The notes under the pieces were generated by a model. The model was not told where the DNA came from. It saw only the letters and a list, made by a program, of their open reading frames with translations, and did no database searches. From the NCBI GenBank assembly GCA_040357565.1, contig JBDODJ010000088.1: a DNA stretch of 43,977 bases, one strand, 5' to 3'. The first letter of the stretch is position 1; each line of letters opens with the position of its first letter. The position numbers were made by a program, and so were the translations under genes. Origin of the DNA: Cercozoa sp. M6MM (lineage: Eukaryota; Protista; Endomyxa: Ascetosporea). Of the stretch, positions 1-13,807 are shown piece after piece.

Positions 1-20
1 CTGAATGTCTGTGTCCTTAG

Positions 21-1183
<1,163 letters not shown>

Positions 1184-1553
1184 CTGTTGGCAGTTCCTCA
1201 ACGTGATTTATTCCAACTATCGACCAATAATAGTTACGTTGACGTGACTTTTACGTGACTACGTTACAGTCACGGGACATCTGATCGCACGACGAGACGA
1301 CAGTGAACGAAATACGATAATCAAACGCTTTTTATTCAAGCGGTGCGGTCAAACTCGTTGCACCGCTCCTGGCCAAACATGAGCCGCAGCGCGGTTCAGC
1401 GACTGTAGATAATTATAATTATCTTTAAACATCCCGGCTAATATAATTAGACTTTTCCCTTTACGCACCATAACGTAAATACTCCTTTTTTGAAGTGCTG
1501 TACAAAATGCGCAACCGCGTGAGCAAGACCCGTACAGGAGAACTACAACTGAA

Positions 1554-3047
1554 CTAATCCTCAGAGATCTCAGCGCGCACGCGTTTCTTGCGTTTCTTGA
1601 ACCCAATGCTCTTCTTGTTGCCTTTCTTCTGCTGAGCACGCGCGCGGAAGAAGGCGGCGCTGCGTTCGTCGGTGCGCGCCGTGGTCTGTCAAAGCCACAG
1701 ACAAAACAGACTTTGACCCAGCCCTCACAGACAGAAGGAAAAACAAAGGCTACCGCCGACTGCGACTGCGCGACGATTCCGCTACCGCCGAAAACTGCGT
1801 CGCGATGCTCCTCGTCTGAGGGGGGGTAAGAGGTAGGGGGTAGGGGCCCCGCCCCCCACCGGGCGGGGGGGTAGAACCATCTGAAGAGAAAGCATCCTCG
1901 CCGAGTTCTTCTTTCACTTGCTGTCGCAGGCGCACCTGCAGGGGAAGGGGGTAAAGGTAGGGAGGTAGGGGTAAGGTAGGTAGGGTAAAAGGTAGGGGGT
2001 TAACTACCCGGCGAGCGTACTTGCTTTCATGCAGTTCCGTCGTTTCTACTTCGACGAACTTGCCGAAACCTGTGTGCTCATCTCTACAGGCGGGGGGGGG
2101 GGAAGAGGCCAAAGAGTGGGGTGGGTAAAGTACCGTTCGACAGGAGCGGCCATAACTGGAGCTTCCTCGTGCTGCTGCTGTTGTTGCACCGCCTGCGAAG
2201 GCGACTTGGTGTCCTTCTTGTCCCTCTTTCGTGGCGCCTGATTATATCAGGAGGTTAAGGATAAGGGGTAGGTAGGGTAAGGGGGTAGGTTAAGGGGGAA
2301 GGGGTAGGCTAGGGGGAAGGGGTAGGCTAGGGGGGAAGGGGTAGGCTAAGGGATGGGGGGGGGGGTTAAAAGACATACCGACTGAGCGAGCGTTTGTTTC
2401 GTCTTTCGCCGACGCTCCAAAAAAGCAGTGACACCTGTAAAACAGGGGTAAGGGATTTAAGGGGAGGTTGTAGGGGGGGGGGGGTTAAGTATAGCCCAGT
2501 CTACCATCCTCGGTGGTGCGACGACGTTTCGAAGCAGGCTCGTCCTCTACACACAAAAACATACAAGACACACGGTCCAAACACACGGTCCAAATGTACC
2601 AGAAGCGGTCGGTTCCTTAACGAAGCCCATGGAGACATCGCGTTTGTACGCAGCGCGTGCGGCGGCATCAATTTGCGCCAGTTGCTTGGCCAGCTACGGG
2701 GTGGGGGTAAAGGGGAGGATAAGGGCAAAGTGTATCTCACCTTGGCCTCCTGTCGTTGTTCGTTGCGAGCTTTCTTTTGTGCGTTTCGTTCCGCTCGTTG
2801 CACCTGCAAGCACACTGTGAGAAACGCATTCACTCAAGAAACGCAAACCTACATTGCGCTTGTGCTTTTCCGTGCGTTCGTGGTGCGCGATAGCGACCGG
2901 ATTGTTGCCGCAGAAGTGGCGACACACCTATCCCATGTGCGCGCGAGTTACAACCACAAATAACAGTGGGCAAAACCATACGACAGACGAGAAACGCACC
3001 TCGCAATAATGACGCGCGTTCGGCGCACCGTGGAGGGTCGACGGCAT
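1554..3047 (-). CDS. U1/matrin-type C2H2 zinc-finger protein, WBP4/FBP21- or ZOP1-like (no WW domain seen); 11 exons
   Basis: Spliced MPSTLHGAPNARHYCE|VCRHFCGNNPVAIAHHERTEKHKRN|VQRAERNAQKK...|LAKQLAQIDAAARAAYKRD matches the CxxC-x12-H-x5-H finger plus coiled coil of WBP4/ZOP1. The C-terminus has the typical FKKRK motif; stop TAG 1554-1556. Confidence 0.8.
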
Positions 3048-3338
3048 TTTTCGTTTTCCGACTGCTGACCACAGACGTGTCTAAAGCTTCTGTACAGGTG
3101 TAAGCAAGTAACACTCACCGTAGCTGCCAACTAGACGCCACAACAACGAGTTCTGGGTCTGGACTTGAGGAAACAATTTTATTCCTAGTAAGTTGATACA
3201 GAATTTTTGATGATTATTTTGCCATGCGCATGGCATCTGCACTGCGGAATAACAAGCTCAGCTCATGTCCTTTAGTTTGCTCTCAAGTTGCTGCATGGAT
3301 TTTCTTGATGTGTAAAACGCTGTCGACGGTTCACAGCA

Positions 3339-5598
3339 CTACTCGCCAAGCGGGAATTCCTTGCTGTGCTGGAGCGCACCTTCGAGCAGGGCCGTCGTCT
3401 GCTCGACCTGTTGGCACCAGTGGCTCATGTGGTGCAGCAGGTCGCTCATCTGCGACACGCCTGTGCACACAGACACGACCAGATAACAGCACAGTAGGAG
3501 AGACAAAAACGAGCCCATACCCAACACGCGTGGCTGCACCCACGTCACGTGCACGACTTGCTCGACCTCATCGATGCTGCCCTTGAGCAGACCGAGCGCC
3601 ATCGCCTTCATCAGCAGCAGCTCCACTGCCTCTAGTTTCACCTGGCAGCGCTGCGCGATGTCCGCGAACGGCAACGAGCGCTCGTCCTGCCAAAGAGACA
3701 TCAGAGTGTGAAGGCCCGAAAAAGAAACGCTCATGTACCTTTGGCCGCTTGAACAGTAGATCAATCAGCGCCGATGTACGCATCTACAAACACGGTTAGA
3801 ACACACACAGACACACAGACACACAGACACACACACAGACACAGACACAGAGATAAAGACACACAGACACAGATACAGACACGAAAACCAACACACCTTG
3901 TTGTTAAGCATGTCTGCATTGGCCGACACAAAGGCACATTTCTGTTGCACTCGCTCCTACAGTTTCAAACGAACTCAAACTACATGATGCGTGCACTGAG
4001 GCCGGACGCAAGTACCTGCAGGATGGCTTGGAAGCGCGACAGGTCGCCCTGTATAAGCAGCAATCCTGTGCATGAACATAAGTGTACAACAGCTCGACTA
4101 CATTTGAAAAGGCTTCGAGCAGTCGGTAGCGCCACTCGTGGGCAGGCGACTGCTGCAGCGACTGCACGCACACGCCTCAGTGAACGCAAGCAGTCATTGA
4201 AGCCACAAATGTGATACCTGCATGATGCCATGCGCCAGCAATTCGCCAAACCCAAAGGCCTTGGGCGACGTCAGTGCCTTCAGTGCAACACCAACAAGCA
4301 GTCCACACGAGCAGGAGGAAAAAGAAAATAGGCGAGAAATACAGCGTTGGCAATGTCGGCAGCGAGCGTCAATCGATCGCGCTTCGGAATCTGCACAGCT
4401 CATACTCAGACCGGCACACACACACACGCACACGCACACGCACACACACACACGCACACAGTCAAGAGAGGAAACAGCAGGCGACAACACACATTCTCAA
4501 TCGGAGTGTACGACAGCAGCAAAAGCGCGTTCTCGTAGAAGTCATGCGCGTGACCCATCACCTAATAACACCCTCAGTTCCCACGCTCTCTCTTCAATGG
4601 AACAACGAGTACGTACCTTATCAAGTTCAAGTCGCACGCGGTAGAAACCTGAGTGCACTTGCGCCGCCAAGCCCGACACGCGGTCCAATGTCTACGCAAT
4701 GGACACGTAACCAAAACTCAACAACGAAACAATGCAATTTGTACCTTGCGGACATTATCGAGAATTGTTTCACATGCGACACGGTTGCCCTGGTTCATTT
4801 TGCAACAAGACAATTGTACTTCAGTGTGCGAGCGACTGAAGCAAAGCAAATACCTGCGCGAGTTCGAGATGCGCAACTTCAAGCTTGCCCACCAAAGTGG
4901 CTTCCCTCGAAGCTTCCACAAACGACCGTGATAGCACGTCCTGCACAACAAGCGAATGCTTTGTAAAGACAACACCCAGAAAATAAACAGAACGCACTTC
5001 GAGGAACTGCTGGGCGGAAGCGGCGTCATCGCATTGCTCTGAACAAGCGATGCAGAACCGCATCAACGACAACTCGTTGACCTGCAAAATCACAGGGTAA
5101 AAAAGACGTGGCGACGGCATTTGAAAACAGAGAAGATACTGAAACATACCTGTCCTTCAAACGTGCGAACAAAGCCTGTGTACAAGCCGAGCAGACGCGG
5201 CTTCTCGGCAAAGAACGGGTGCACGGAGAGATCCAGCACCTTCTCCATCAACTGATGGTACAGTCTGCACACAAAAAAGGTGTGAACGCTCTCATAGATG
5301 AAACGCCACGTACTTGTTGCGCCATTCTTGTTTCAGCTCATTGAAAATAGAGGCTGCCTCCGGAAACGACTCGATTTGCGCTGTCCAAGAAGCAGAGAGT
5401 AGGGCACAGTCAACAATATTCAAGAAAATGCTGCATCAAACAGAGCCAATTGCCCAGAAACCGCACCAACAAAACAAACCAGTTGTCAGAACACATGTGG
5501 GCTTAGTGGTCTCACAAAAGGCAGAGGCATTTTTTTGCAAAATTCGAATAAGAATGCCTGGGGAAGGCACCAGTACCGTCAAGATAGGTGAGCGCCAT
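3339..5598 (-). CDS. RPN9: 26S proteasome lid subunit RPN9/PSMD13 (PCI domain), about 385 aa, 16 exons
   Basis: MALTYLD|AQIESFPEAASIFNELKQEWRNK|LYHQL at the N-terminus, FGFGELLAH, and VELLLMKAMALGLLKGSIDEVEQVVHVTWVQPRVL in the PCI end. All 15 introns are GT-AG and keep frame. Confidence 0.95.
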
Positions 5599-5811
5599 GT
5601 TTTGTTCTCGATCTCGCACTGTGTGCCTGAGAAGAGACCCAGAATCGCCCGGAATTCAGAGCTTTTTGTTGGCTTTATTGTCTTACAATATGCCAGCGCT
5701 CCTGATCTTACGCCCGACGGCAACAGAGCACACTCGAGTGCCCCATCGTGTGTGCAAGGTTAGTGTATAGTATTTAGGGGCTCTGCAGTGGTTGCCACAG
5801 GGTGAGTTGCC

Positions 5812-8800
5812 ATGGCGTCGTTCGACGTGGACGACATCCTGGCCGAGGTGGCGCACGAACCGGCCTCTGCGACCACGGGTGGCGATCTCTTTACTGTCGA
5901 TGAGATCCTCTCGCAAACGCCCGAGTCTGATGAGGTACATCTCTGCTTGAAGTTTTTGAGTGTTGCCTTGAGTTGAGTTGAGTTTTAAGTTGCTTTAAGT
6001 TGAGTTTCTTTGAGTTGAGTTGCTTTGAGTTGAGGAGTCGCTTTGTTTGACAGAACTTGTCATCCTCGCGCAAGCAGAGTCACAGCGACGACTCGCATGC
6101 CGAAACCGTGGATTTTCGGCATACGGATCGATCGGCCTTGTCGACCAGCGAGGTAGTTATTGAAAGCAGTCTTTTTTAATGCTGCTTAATTGCCTGTGGT
6201 GTTTGTGTGGAAAAAGGTGGCACAAGCCAGTGTGCTCCGCGCTGAGCCACTGTCGAAACTGTTCGCGTCGCTAGAACATGCACATTCGCGTTTTGGTACT
6301 TCTTTTTTTTTTGCTTTGTATTTGAGTTGAGTTAAATAAATGCGACAGGACAAGGAGCGTCGCCTGTGACATGTAGCCAGTTTCTCTCGCTCTCACTTTG
6401 CGAGTGCTATGACCTCTCTCGTAGGTCTGTGCGTGCATGCCAAGATGATCGCTGCAGGAACTGCGCATGGCAGGTACAGTTGTTTATCGATGTATTTACA
6501 TACCTCGTATGTTGGCTTCAGTGTGCTACTGTTCGATCACTTCGAATCCTTGTCGGCCTCGCTCGGCGGTGCTGCCTGCAGTGACCCGGTACTTTCTACC
6601 TTTATTAGTACCCCCTTACCCCTCTCCCCCTGTTCCAGAAGCAGAAGCGATCGACCAGCACAACAGCAGTGACGGCACTGGCTATGACTCCGCGCGGCGA
6701 TCGCATCCTCGTGGCGCATCAGGACGGTTCTACTCCCTACCTGTCTACCCTACCGTTTCCTTACCCTTACCTTTCATACGAATCACAGGAAGCCTGGTGC
6801 TATGGGACATTGCGCAAAAGTCGCCGCTCAAGAAGCTGCAGCTCGCGCAGAGTGCAGTGAGCTTCCTGCGCGTGGTGTCCAGTGAGGACAAGAGCCTGCA
6901 GTACCTGTTCTGTGACTCCACTGGTACACATCCTTAACTTGTACTGCCCTGTGTACTGTGTATGTGTGTACTTTGTGTGTGTACCGTGTGTAGGTACATT
7001 TGGACGAGGCACACTGTCCAAGGTGCTGTTCGCATGGACGAGCGACACACAACGCATCCTGGACGGCAATGCCGGCGTGCTGCACTGCTGCGACACACTC
7101 GAGCTGCCGTCCTGTGCTGCGGCGACAAGCAGTGCTGCCACTGTGATCGTTGCACTGGCCGGTGAGGAGCAGTGCTTCCTGCTGGCGCTGGTGTACCATG
7201 CCAACAGTCGCGTCGAGACGCATATCTTGTGTCGCCTGCCGCTGCCCAAGGCACCGACCAAAGTGGCACCCTCGGTCTCCCTTGTGGCACGCCATGTCAG
7301 TGTACTCCCTCCTCAACCTAACCTACCCTCCTTAGCCTACCCTACCTCAACCTCTATCTCATGATGTGTAGAAGGACAAGGCCGAGGTGTACCTGCTGTG
7401 CAGCAACACCACTATGTCGCTGATTGGCATCACGCTGCAGCTGCAGCCGCTCAAGGTGGCCTCGGAGCCCCCGGTGCGACAGCTGCGCCAGTATGTCCCG
7501 GGTGACCACACGGACCATCCGGGAGACCTCACTAGTGACTATGCCAGTGATCCCAGCGGCGGCGTTCTCACCTGCCGCTTTCTGCAGGTTGCTCCACTCC
7601 CTTTATCTTCACTCCCGTTATCTACCCTATGTGTCCTTATAGAATTCCCTCGTCGTGGCACTCGTTGCACGCAATGACTCAAGTATCTTCGACTCTACCA
7701 GTATTCACTGACCCCCTTTAACCCTTCTTTACCCCCCCCCCCCCCCTGCAGCGGAGCTTGTGCTGCTGGACACGGAACTACGCGAGTTGCAGCAGAAAAA
7801 CCTCAGCGCACTCCAGCCGCTGCTCATGTCCAGGTGCGACCCAGCAGACTTTTAACTTTGTCATTTGCACTTTGCTGGTGTCTAGACACACTCAAGTGCC
7901 TGCTGCGCACCAAGCCATCGCTATCGCTGATCGTAAACCGCCCAGCTTTTTTCAATTTTCGACTGCTTTTTTATTAATTTTTCTATTCTGGCACAGGCCA
8001 GGAGCATTTCATGGTGATTGGAGCCGGTGGTACGTCGTGTTAGACACAGTGGGGCGTGTTTGGTGTGCCAAAAGCTCGATTGGTGCAGGTCTGTGGCGAC
8101 TGAAACTGCTCAGTTGGAGTGATCGGGTCGATACGCTGATTTTGCGGTGTGTCTGTGCCTGTGTTTGTTGCTGTTAGGAGAGAGTGTGGGCTTATTATGC
8201 ACAGAGGCGACTGGTTGGATGCGCTGAGTTACATCCTTGCACTGTACGATGAGAGCGAACACATGGTGGCACTCGGCCTGCCGCACAAGCGAGACAAGCG
8301 ACGGCACTGTCTTAAGTACAGTGACACACACTGTCTGTGTTCTGATCCTTTCCTCGCATTCTTCCTGTGACCGATAGGGCACGTGCCGATGCCGTGACTG
8401 CGGTACCCTTGATACGAACTGATTGATTGATTGATACCCACGTGTGTATCTGTACAGGAGTACTTCCGACTGTGCTGGTCGCAACAGTGGTCGCTCGCAC
8501 AGGTGACTGCGCGACGCGAACTGTAGAAGCCTCTCACTCTGACCGATGATCCTCAGTGATCCTCTCAGTGAGCACGTTTTGTGTGATGTGTGTGGCTACA
8601 GCAACAACAGCGACAACGAGAGCGAAGTGCGTCGACGCGCTGCGACGGTTCTTCTGCGACGCAGCGACTTTCACGCACTGGCCTCCGTGGTACACACTTT
8701 GTACCTGTCCACTCTGTACCTGTCCACTGTACCGTCCACTCTGTCCTGACCAGGTGGCCGAATGTGCTGTCCGCGTGGACTCCGTCGACGCAGTCTTGTG

Positions 8801-11800
8801 CCACAACGTTTTCACTCTCGTCAACGACACTCTCGGCGAGCACAGTGGTAGGGTATCGGGGGGGGGGGGGTAAAGGGGTAAAGGGGTAAAGGTTCCATCG
8901 GGGTAGAGGAGGCGAGGCGAGTGCGCGGCTTCCTTCTGGCGCCGCTCGAGAAGGACGGTACGTGTCTTGCGGTAGAAGGGGTGGTTTAAAAGTATGCTTG
9001 TGTCGGTGTGCAGTGCTGAAGAACAGGATACGATCGCTACCCCCCAGTGTACTCGCACACAGTGTGAACTGAGAGTGATCGATGTATGACCACCTGTACG
9101 GAGACAGGTGATGCAAGACCTCGTATCGCACTTCTCTGACAACACCGACACGTTGCGCCGACTCGAGCAGATGCTAATGCGACTGGTATGCCACTTTACC
9201 CCTACCCCATTACCCTTTAAGCCCCTTCTCCCTTTAACTCCTCCTTACCCTTAAACCCCCTGCGTTCAGGACGCAAGTAGCTTCGACCTGCACATGATCA
9301 GCACGGCACTGACGCAGCACCACCTGTTCGACGCACTGGCCCACATTGCCTTTGTCCTGACTGTACCGTCCACTTGTACTCTGTTAAGACTGCTTTGTGT
9401 CTGACTTTTGTTAAGGCTGCGTTTTCTGTCTGTGTAGGGCGACTGTGTGACGCCGGCCAATGCCATGCTGGATGCCTCTGCCGTGGTACATTAATGCATT
9501 GATATTTTTGTGTACCAACCCCCATTCTGTATACCGTTTATTTGTACCGTACAAACTCCACAGAGAGAGGACGCACTGGCGAAACTGCTGGAGTTCCTGG
9601 CTCAATGCTTCCGACGCGGCGCTTCCTCGGTACGCGCGGACCAGTCCTGTCTGTGAACTGCGCTGTCTGATGGTGGACAGCCTTGTCTGCTTGTGTGGGT
9701 GGACAAGGTTGTCTGCACTGTACTGTGTGTGTGTGTGTGTGTGTCTGTACTGTGCCTGTACTGTGTGTTGGCAGCGAGTGACGGAGACGAGCGTGCGCGC
9801 GCTGCTGCGGTGGCTGCTGGGCGCGCCGCTGACGGAGCTCCTGCTGCGCGACCATGTGCGACTGCTCGGCGTGCTCAAGGACGCTGCCTTGCGTATCGAT
9901 CGGGTACTTGTCCATTGTACCTGTATGTACGCTAGTATCTTCAATCTATATGTATAGATGTATAGATGTATATATATATATAGATATATAGATATGTATA
10001 GATATATATGATATCACCATGTTTTGTATGATATATTTATATACTATAACCGTTGGAATTTGCAGGATGTGGCCCCGCCTGAGTTCGCACTGGCGCTGCT
10101 GCAGCACATGCCGAGTGATCCGGCTGGTACCTTCTCCCCCTCAGCACACACGCTGTTGGTCCAACACCTTCCCTTGTGTGTTCAGATGACCGTATTCCCG
10201 AAAACGAGCAGTCGAGGGTACTGCAGGCAGCAAGCAAGACAGCTGTTTGCTCCTATGTCCGTTTGTTCCTGGGCAGATTCGAACGATCCGACGAGAGACG
10301 CTGCGTTTCGTCGTGCAGAATCTGCCGAGCGATATCGACAGTGCCGAGGTCGACACCGAGGCTCTCGAACAGGTGCTGCAACGCGCTTTGTCTCCCGCCT
10401 TGGATGCCTTGTTGGGTACCCCCTCCCTTATCCTCCGCCTGCCCCCAACCCACCCTGAGGTTTGAGCTTTTGCTAGACGTGAGAGCGAACTTTGCAACTG
10501 TCGATCGGCCCTGTACGTTGTCTAAATGTACCTGGATTGACGCAGTCTAATAAGTGTGGTTGGCAGGGACGTCAGAGGAACGAGAACAACGCGAAAAAAA
10601 CGAAACTTTGCTTGTGCCTTTCTCTTTGAGTCGTTTTCTTTTTTGGGGTTCTTGTAACAGCACAGCTCGGGTTTGGCCTTGCTTTGTGACTGCTTTTGCG
10701 CGACTGACACGTTTCGCGTGTGCAGGTGCAATTGCACGCGAGATTGCGCTCGCTCGAGCCGCTGCTGACCGAAAAAACGCGCTGCTTGATCGATTCGCTG
10801 ATGGATTCGGAGATCTTGCTGGTGCCTCCCCAGTTTTTTGGCACATCCAAATCCATTGACCCTATAAACAAGGGATGATCGTTCCTTTTAATGTGCGCAG
10901 GAGAGGGCGCACACTGTTCAATTCTTCCGTTTGCAGCTGACGCTATATAGACTGCTGGTAGGCTTATTTTGTGCATTGTGAAATCGGTCAGGCAAACTGA
11001 ATTTTTGGTTTGGGAGCGGAACGTATTGTGTGCAGGAACGGCATGACCGCGTCGTGGAGTGTTTCCTGAGCGATCCGGCGCTGCGTGAAGGCGTTTTCGA
11101 CTACATTCGGCGCGTGCTGGACGAAAATGAGCACCGGCCGACTGTTTTGGCCATGGTGCGAAAGGTCGTGTTGAAACGACTGGCCGATCTGGTTAGTCTT
11201 TGCTTTTCCTGTGTTTTTGAACGGACCGAGACACACAACTGTTCACAGATCGAACTGGACGCCAGTGCTGTGACGAATATAACACTCAACTCGCTGCAAC
11301 AGTCGCGTAAATACACCAACTTTTGACTTGATTTGACTTGATTTGACTTGACTGTTGACTGATGACCGGACAGCACGCGAAGTGAGTGCCGCCTTGTCAC
11401 CATTTCCGTCGCTGCAGCTCGCATTTCTACGACACATTTTTGTACGAACCAACACTGCTCGGATTGGTCTGGCTGAACGGTACAGTTGTACAAAAATACA
11501 AGTGTGTGTGTGACAGATCAAAGTGGACAAGCGCGATGACGACGAAACCGAACGCGGCGGCAGCGTGGATTTCGACCAAGTCAGCGTCGATTCGAGTAGG
11601 CCTTGTGTCCACCTGTCCATGTCCACCTATCCATGTCCACCTGTCCATCTACCTATACACACGTACCTATGTACACTTGAGTGCAGGCACAGAGGAGCAC
11701 ATGCAGGATGCGATCCTGCAGGCGCAGTTCATTTCGCTGTTATGTCGATTGGCACCGCACGATGTACTCTGTCTCTTATCTCTCATGTGGATAATGATGC

Positions 11801-11901
11801 CTGTGTGTCTGTGTGTGTTGGCTGCAGGTGAAGGAGTACCTGCATGACGCGCTGAGTGGACAGTTCCCGGCCATGCCTGTAGCCATATCTATCCGTTTGT
11901 C

Positions 11902-11933
<32 letters not shown>

Positions 11934-13518
11934 CATGCATATTGTGTGTTTGAGCAGGTGTCGGACATGCTGCAGGAGGTGAGGAAACACGGCGTGCGCG
12001 ACGCCGAGGCCTTCTTGCTCGAGCGAATGGGTAACCCAGCCCCTTTGGCCCTATCCTTTGTCCTTTACCTTGTCCCTTACCTTGTCCCTTACCTTGTCCC
12101 TTACCTTGTCCCTTACCTTGTCCCTTACCGTTCTCCCTGCCAGGTGACATCTCGGGCGCCATGCAGGTGTTGCTGACGGCGTTCGACGAGGCACCCGACG
12201 AGTACTTTGAGGATTGCCTCTCACTGTGCGCACGTCAGAACCGCCGTGGTATTACAACAGAGTGTTAAAGGGGTACGAAAGGGGTAAGACTGGCAAGGCT
12301 ATGTGATGTTGATGCAGGTGACATCGACTCAGAGGCGCTGTGGTTCGCACTGCTGAACCGCGTGGCTCTGCTGCCGGCAGCTCCAGGCACAGCACAGGAG
12401 GAACGCAAGGAGGCGCTGCTGCAGACGCTGCTGCGGCGTACCACCGAGCACGTCGATCTGGATGTACCGCAATTACTTCGTTTCGTTTTTTTTTGCATTT
12501 ATTACTGTTTATTTGGTTATTAAAGTTGTTCCTTTTGGTTGTTTGGTTATTTGGCTGTTTGGCTCGAATTTGTATCTGTATCGTCGTTTGTTGTATTCTT
12601 TCAATTTGTGGTTGTTGTTTAGATTCGTAAGTTTGTTATTTCTTTGTGTGTTTTCGACTTATATTCTTTTGTATTTCATGTTTCGTTTTCTTGTATTTTT
12701 CGATTAAATAAAATAGTGTGATACCCTTGGTGTAGGCACTGATGTCGCACCTGTCGACTGATCGCGAACTAACGCATAGTGGCAATAGTGCATTGGTGCG
12801 CATGCTGCGCTCGCTACTGCAGGTACTCCCTCCCGTTTACCCGTAAGTATCCTCAACCCTCACTCTCTGACACAGGCCTATGCGTACCAACACGAAGTGC
12901 TCCGAGTAGCCGTTCGCATGCAGGTATGTTCCCAACGTACCTATACGTGTGTGATAGAGAGATAGACCGGCACATGTGGTTTCTGTGTAGGCCACTGACC
13001 TGGCCAAGGCGATGAGGAACATGGTCAATTCGCGTGCACGTGGTACCTCTTTCTCTCTGTCCAGAGTGACCTGATGTACTTATCTACCGACTCATATACC
13101 TCTGCTACCTGCCCTTGATGTAGGACATCTCATGACGTGTGCGCACAACCACCGTAGCAGCGACGCCGACGACGACTCGCGCAACAATGACAACTCAGAG
13201 TCCGGTGCCTGTCTGTGCTGCCTGTGCTTTTTAGCAGACCCTCGTGTATACCTTCCCGTGTGCAGAGGACCAGGCGCACCGCAGACGTTTGCAGCAGTGC
13301 CATCGAGTGCTGCGCCGCGCACAGCGTCGCCTGCGTTTCTTGGAGGGCGCGCGCGCCTTGCCTTTCGATCAAGGTGTCCTTGTCTATTTGCCGCTTGGCT
13401 TGTGTCGGTGGCTAGGTGTTGGTGTGCAAGTGACATCGGCTGTCTTTGAGTAGGTGACGACAAGAGTGTGCTGCGACCTATGCAGGCGCTGCAACTGCCT
13501 CGCAGGTCACGTGGGTAG
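5812..13518 (+). CDS. VPS8: Vacuolar protein sorting protein 8 (CORVET subunit), many short exons
   Basis: Beta-propeller part PVTCLCVHAKMIAAGTAHGSVLLFD...AVTALAMTPRGDRILVAHQDGSLVLWD, then LLSWSDRVDTL, GFLLAPLEKDVLKNRIRSLPPSVMQDLVSHF, VVECFLSDPALREGVFDYI, AEAFLLERMGDISGA, SEALWFALL, in the VPS8 order. Stop TAG 13516-13518. Confidence 0.9.
12061..12129. repeat. Intronic 12-bp tandem repeat (TCCCTTACCTTG) about x6
   Basis: Read directly; lies in a VPS8 intron. Confidence 0.9.
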
Positions 13519-13777
13519 TCACGTGGGTGGCGCGATATCGTCAGTCTCTGACCGTCGCATCGCACGGCATACCCCATGAGAACACTCTGTAGAACTGTCT
13601 AAGCGTATCCTAGAAATTCGAACGTATCCAAGAGCTGTCCTGCGCGTCCTGCATGTTCTAGAACGGCTAGAACGACTCGCCGGGCAAGCGCACCCGAGTT
13701 GCCATTCTAGTCGTTCTAGGCCTATCCTAAAATTCAAGCTTTGTTGCTGCATCAGATAACTGATGCAGTCGGTAGAA

Positions 13778-13789
13778 TGTTACTGCACA
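13778..13789 (+). repeat. 12-bp remnant of the 5' LTR
   Basis: TGTTACTGCACA equals 16956-16967; similarity stops abruptly afterwards. Confidence 0.8.
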
Positions 13790-13807
13790 GCGGACCGATG
13801 AGATCGA

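Noticed and set aside
1332-1404. Extra terminal exon for the WBP4-like gene
   Set aside because: The preceding exon continues in frame to an FKKRK-containing C-terminus and stop at 1554.
2250-2370. Telomeric repeats or telomerase-added DNA
   Set aside because: Units are irregular GGGGTA/GGTAGG/GGGGAA rather than a fixed TnAGGG, and they are confined to introns.
5381-5436. Apparent 37-nt AT-AC intron giving an RPN9 start MQHFLE-AQIES
   Set aside because: A canonical solution exists: ATG 5598 (MALTYLD) with GT-AG intron 5381-5576 fits RPN9 N-termini and the local GTAC donor pattern.
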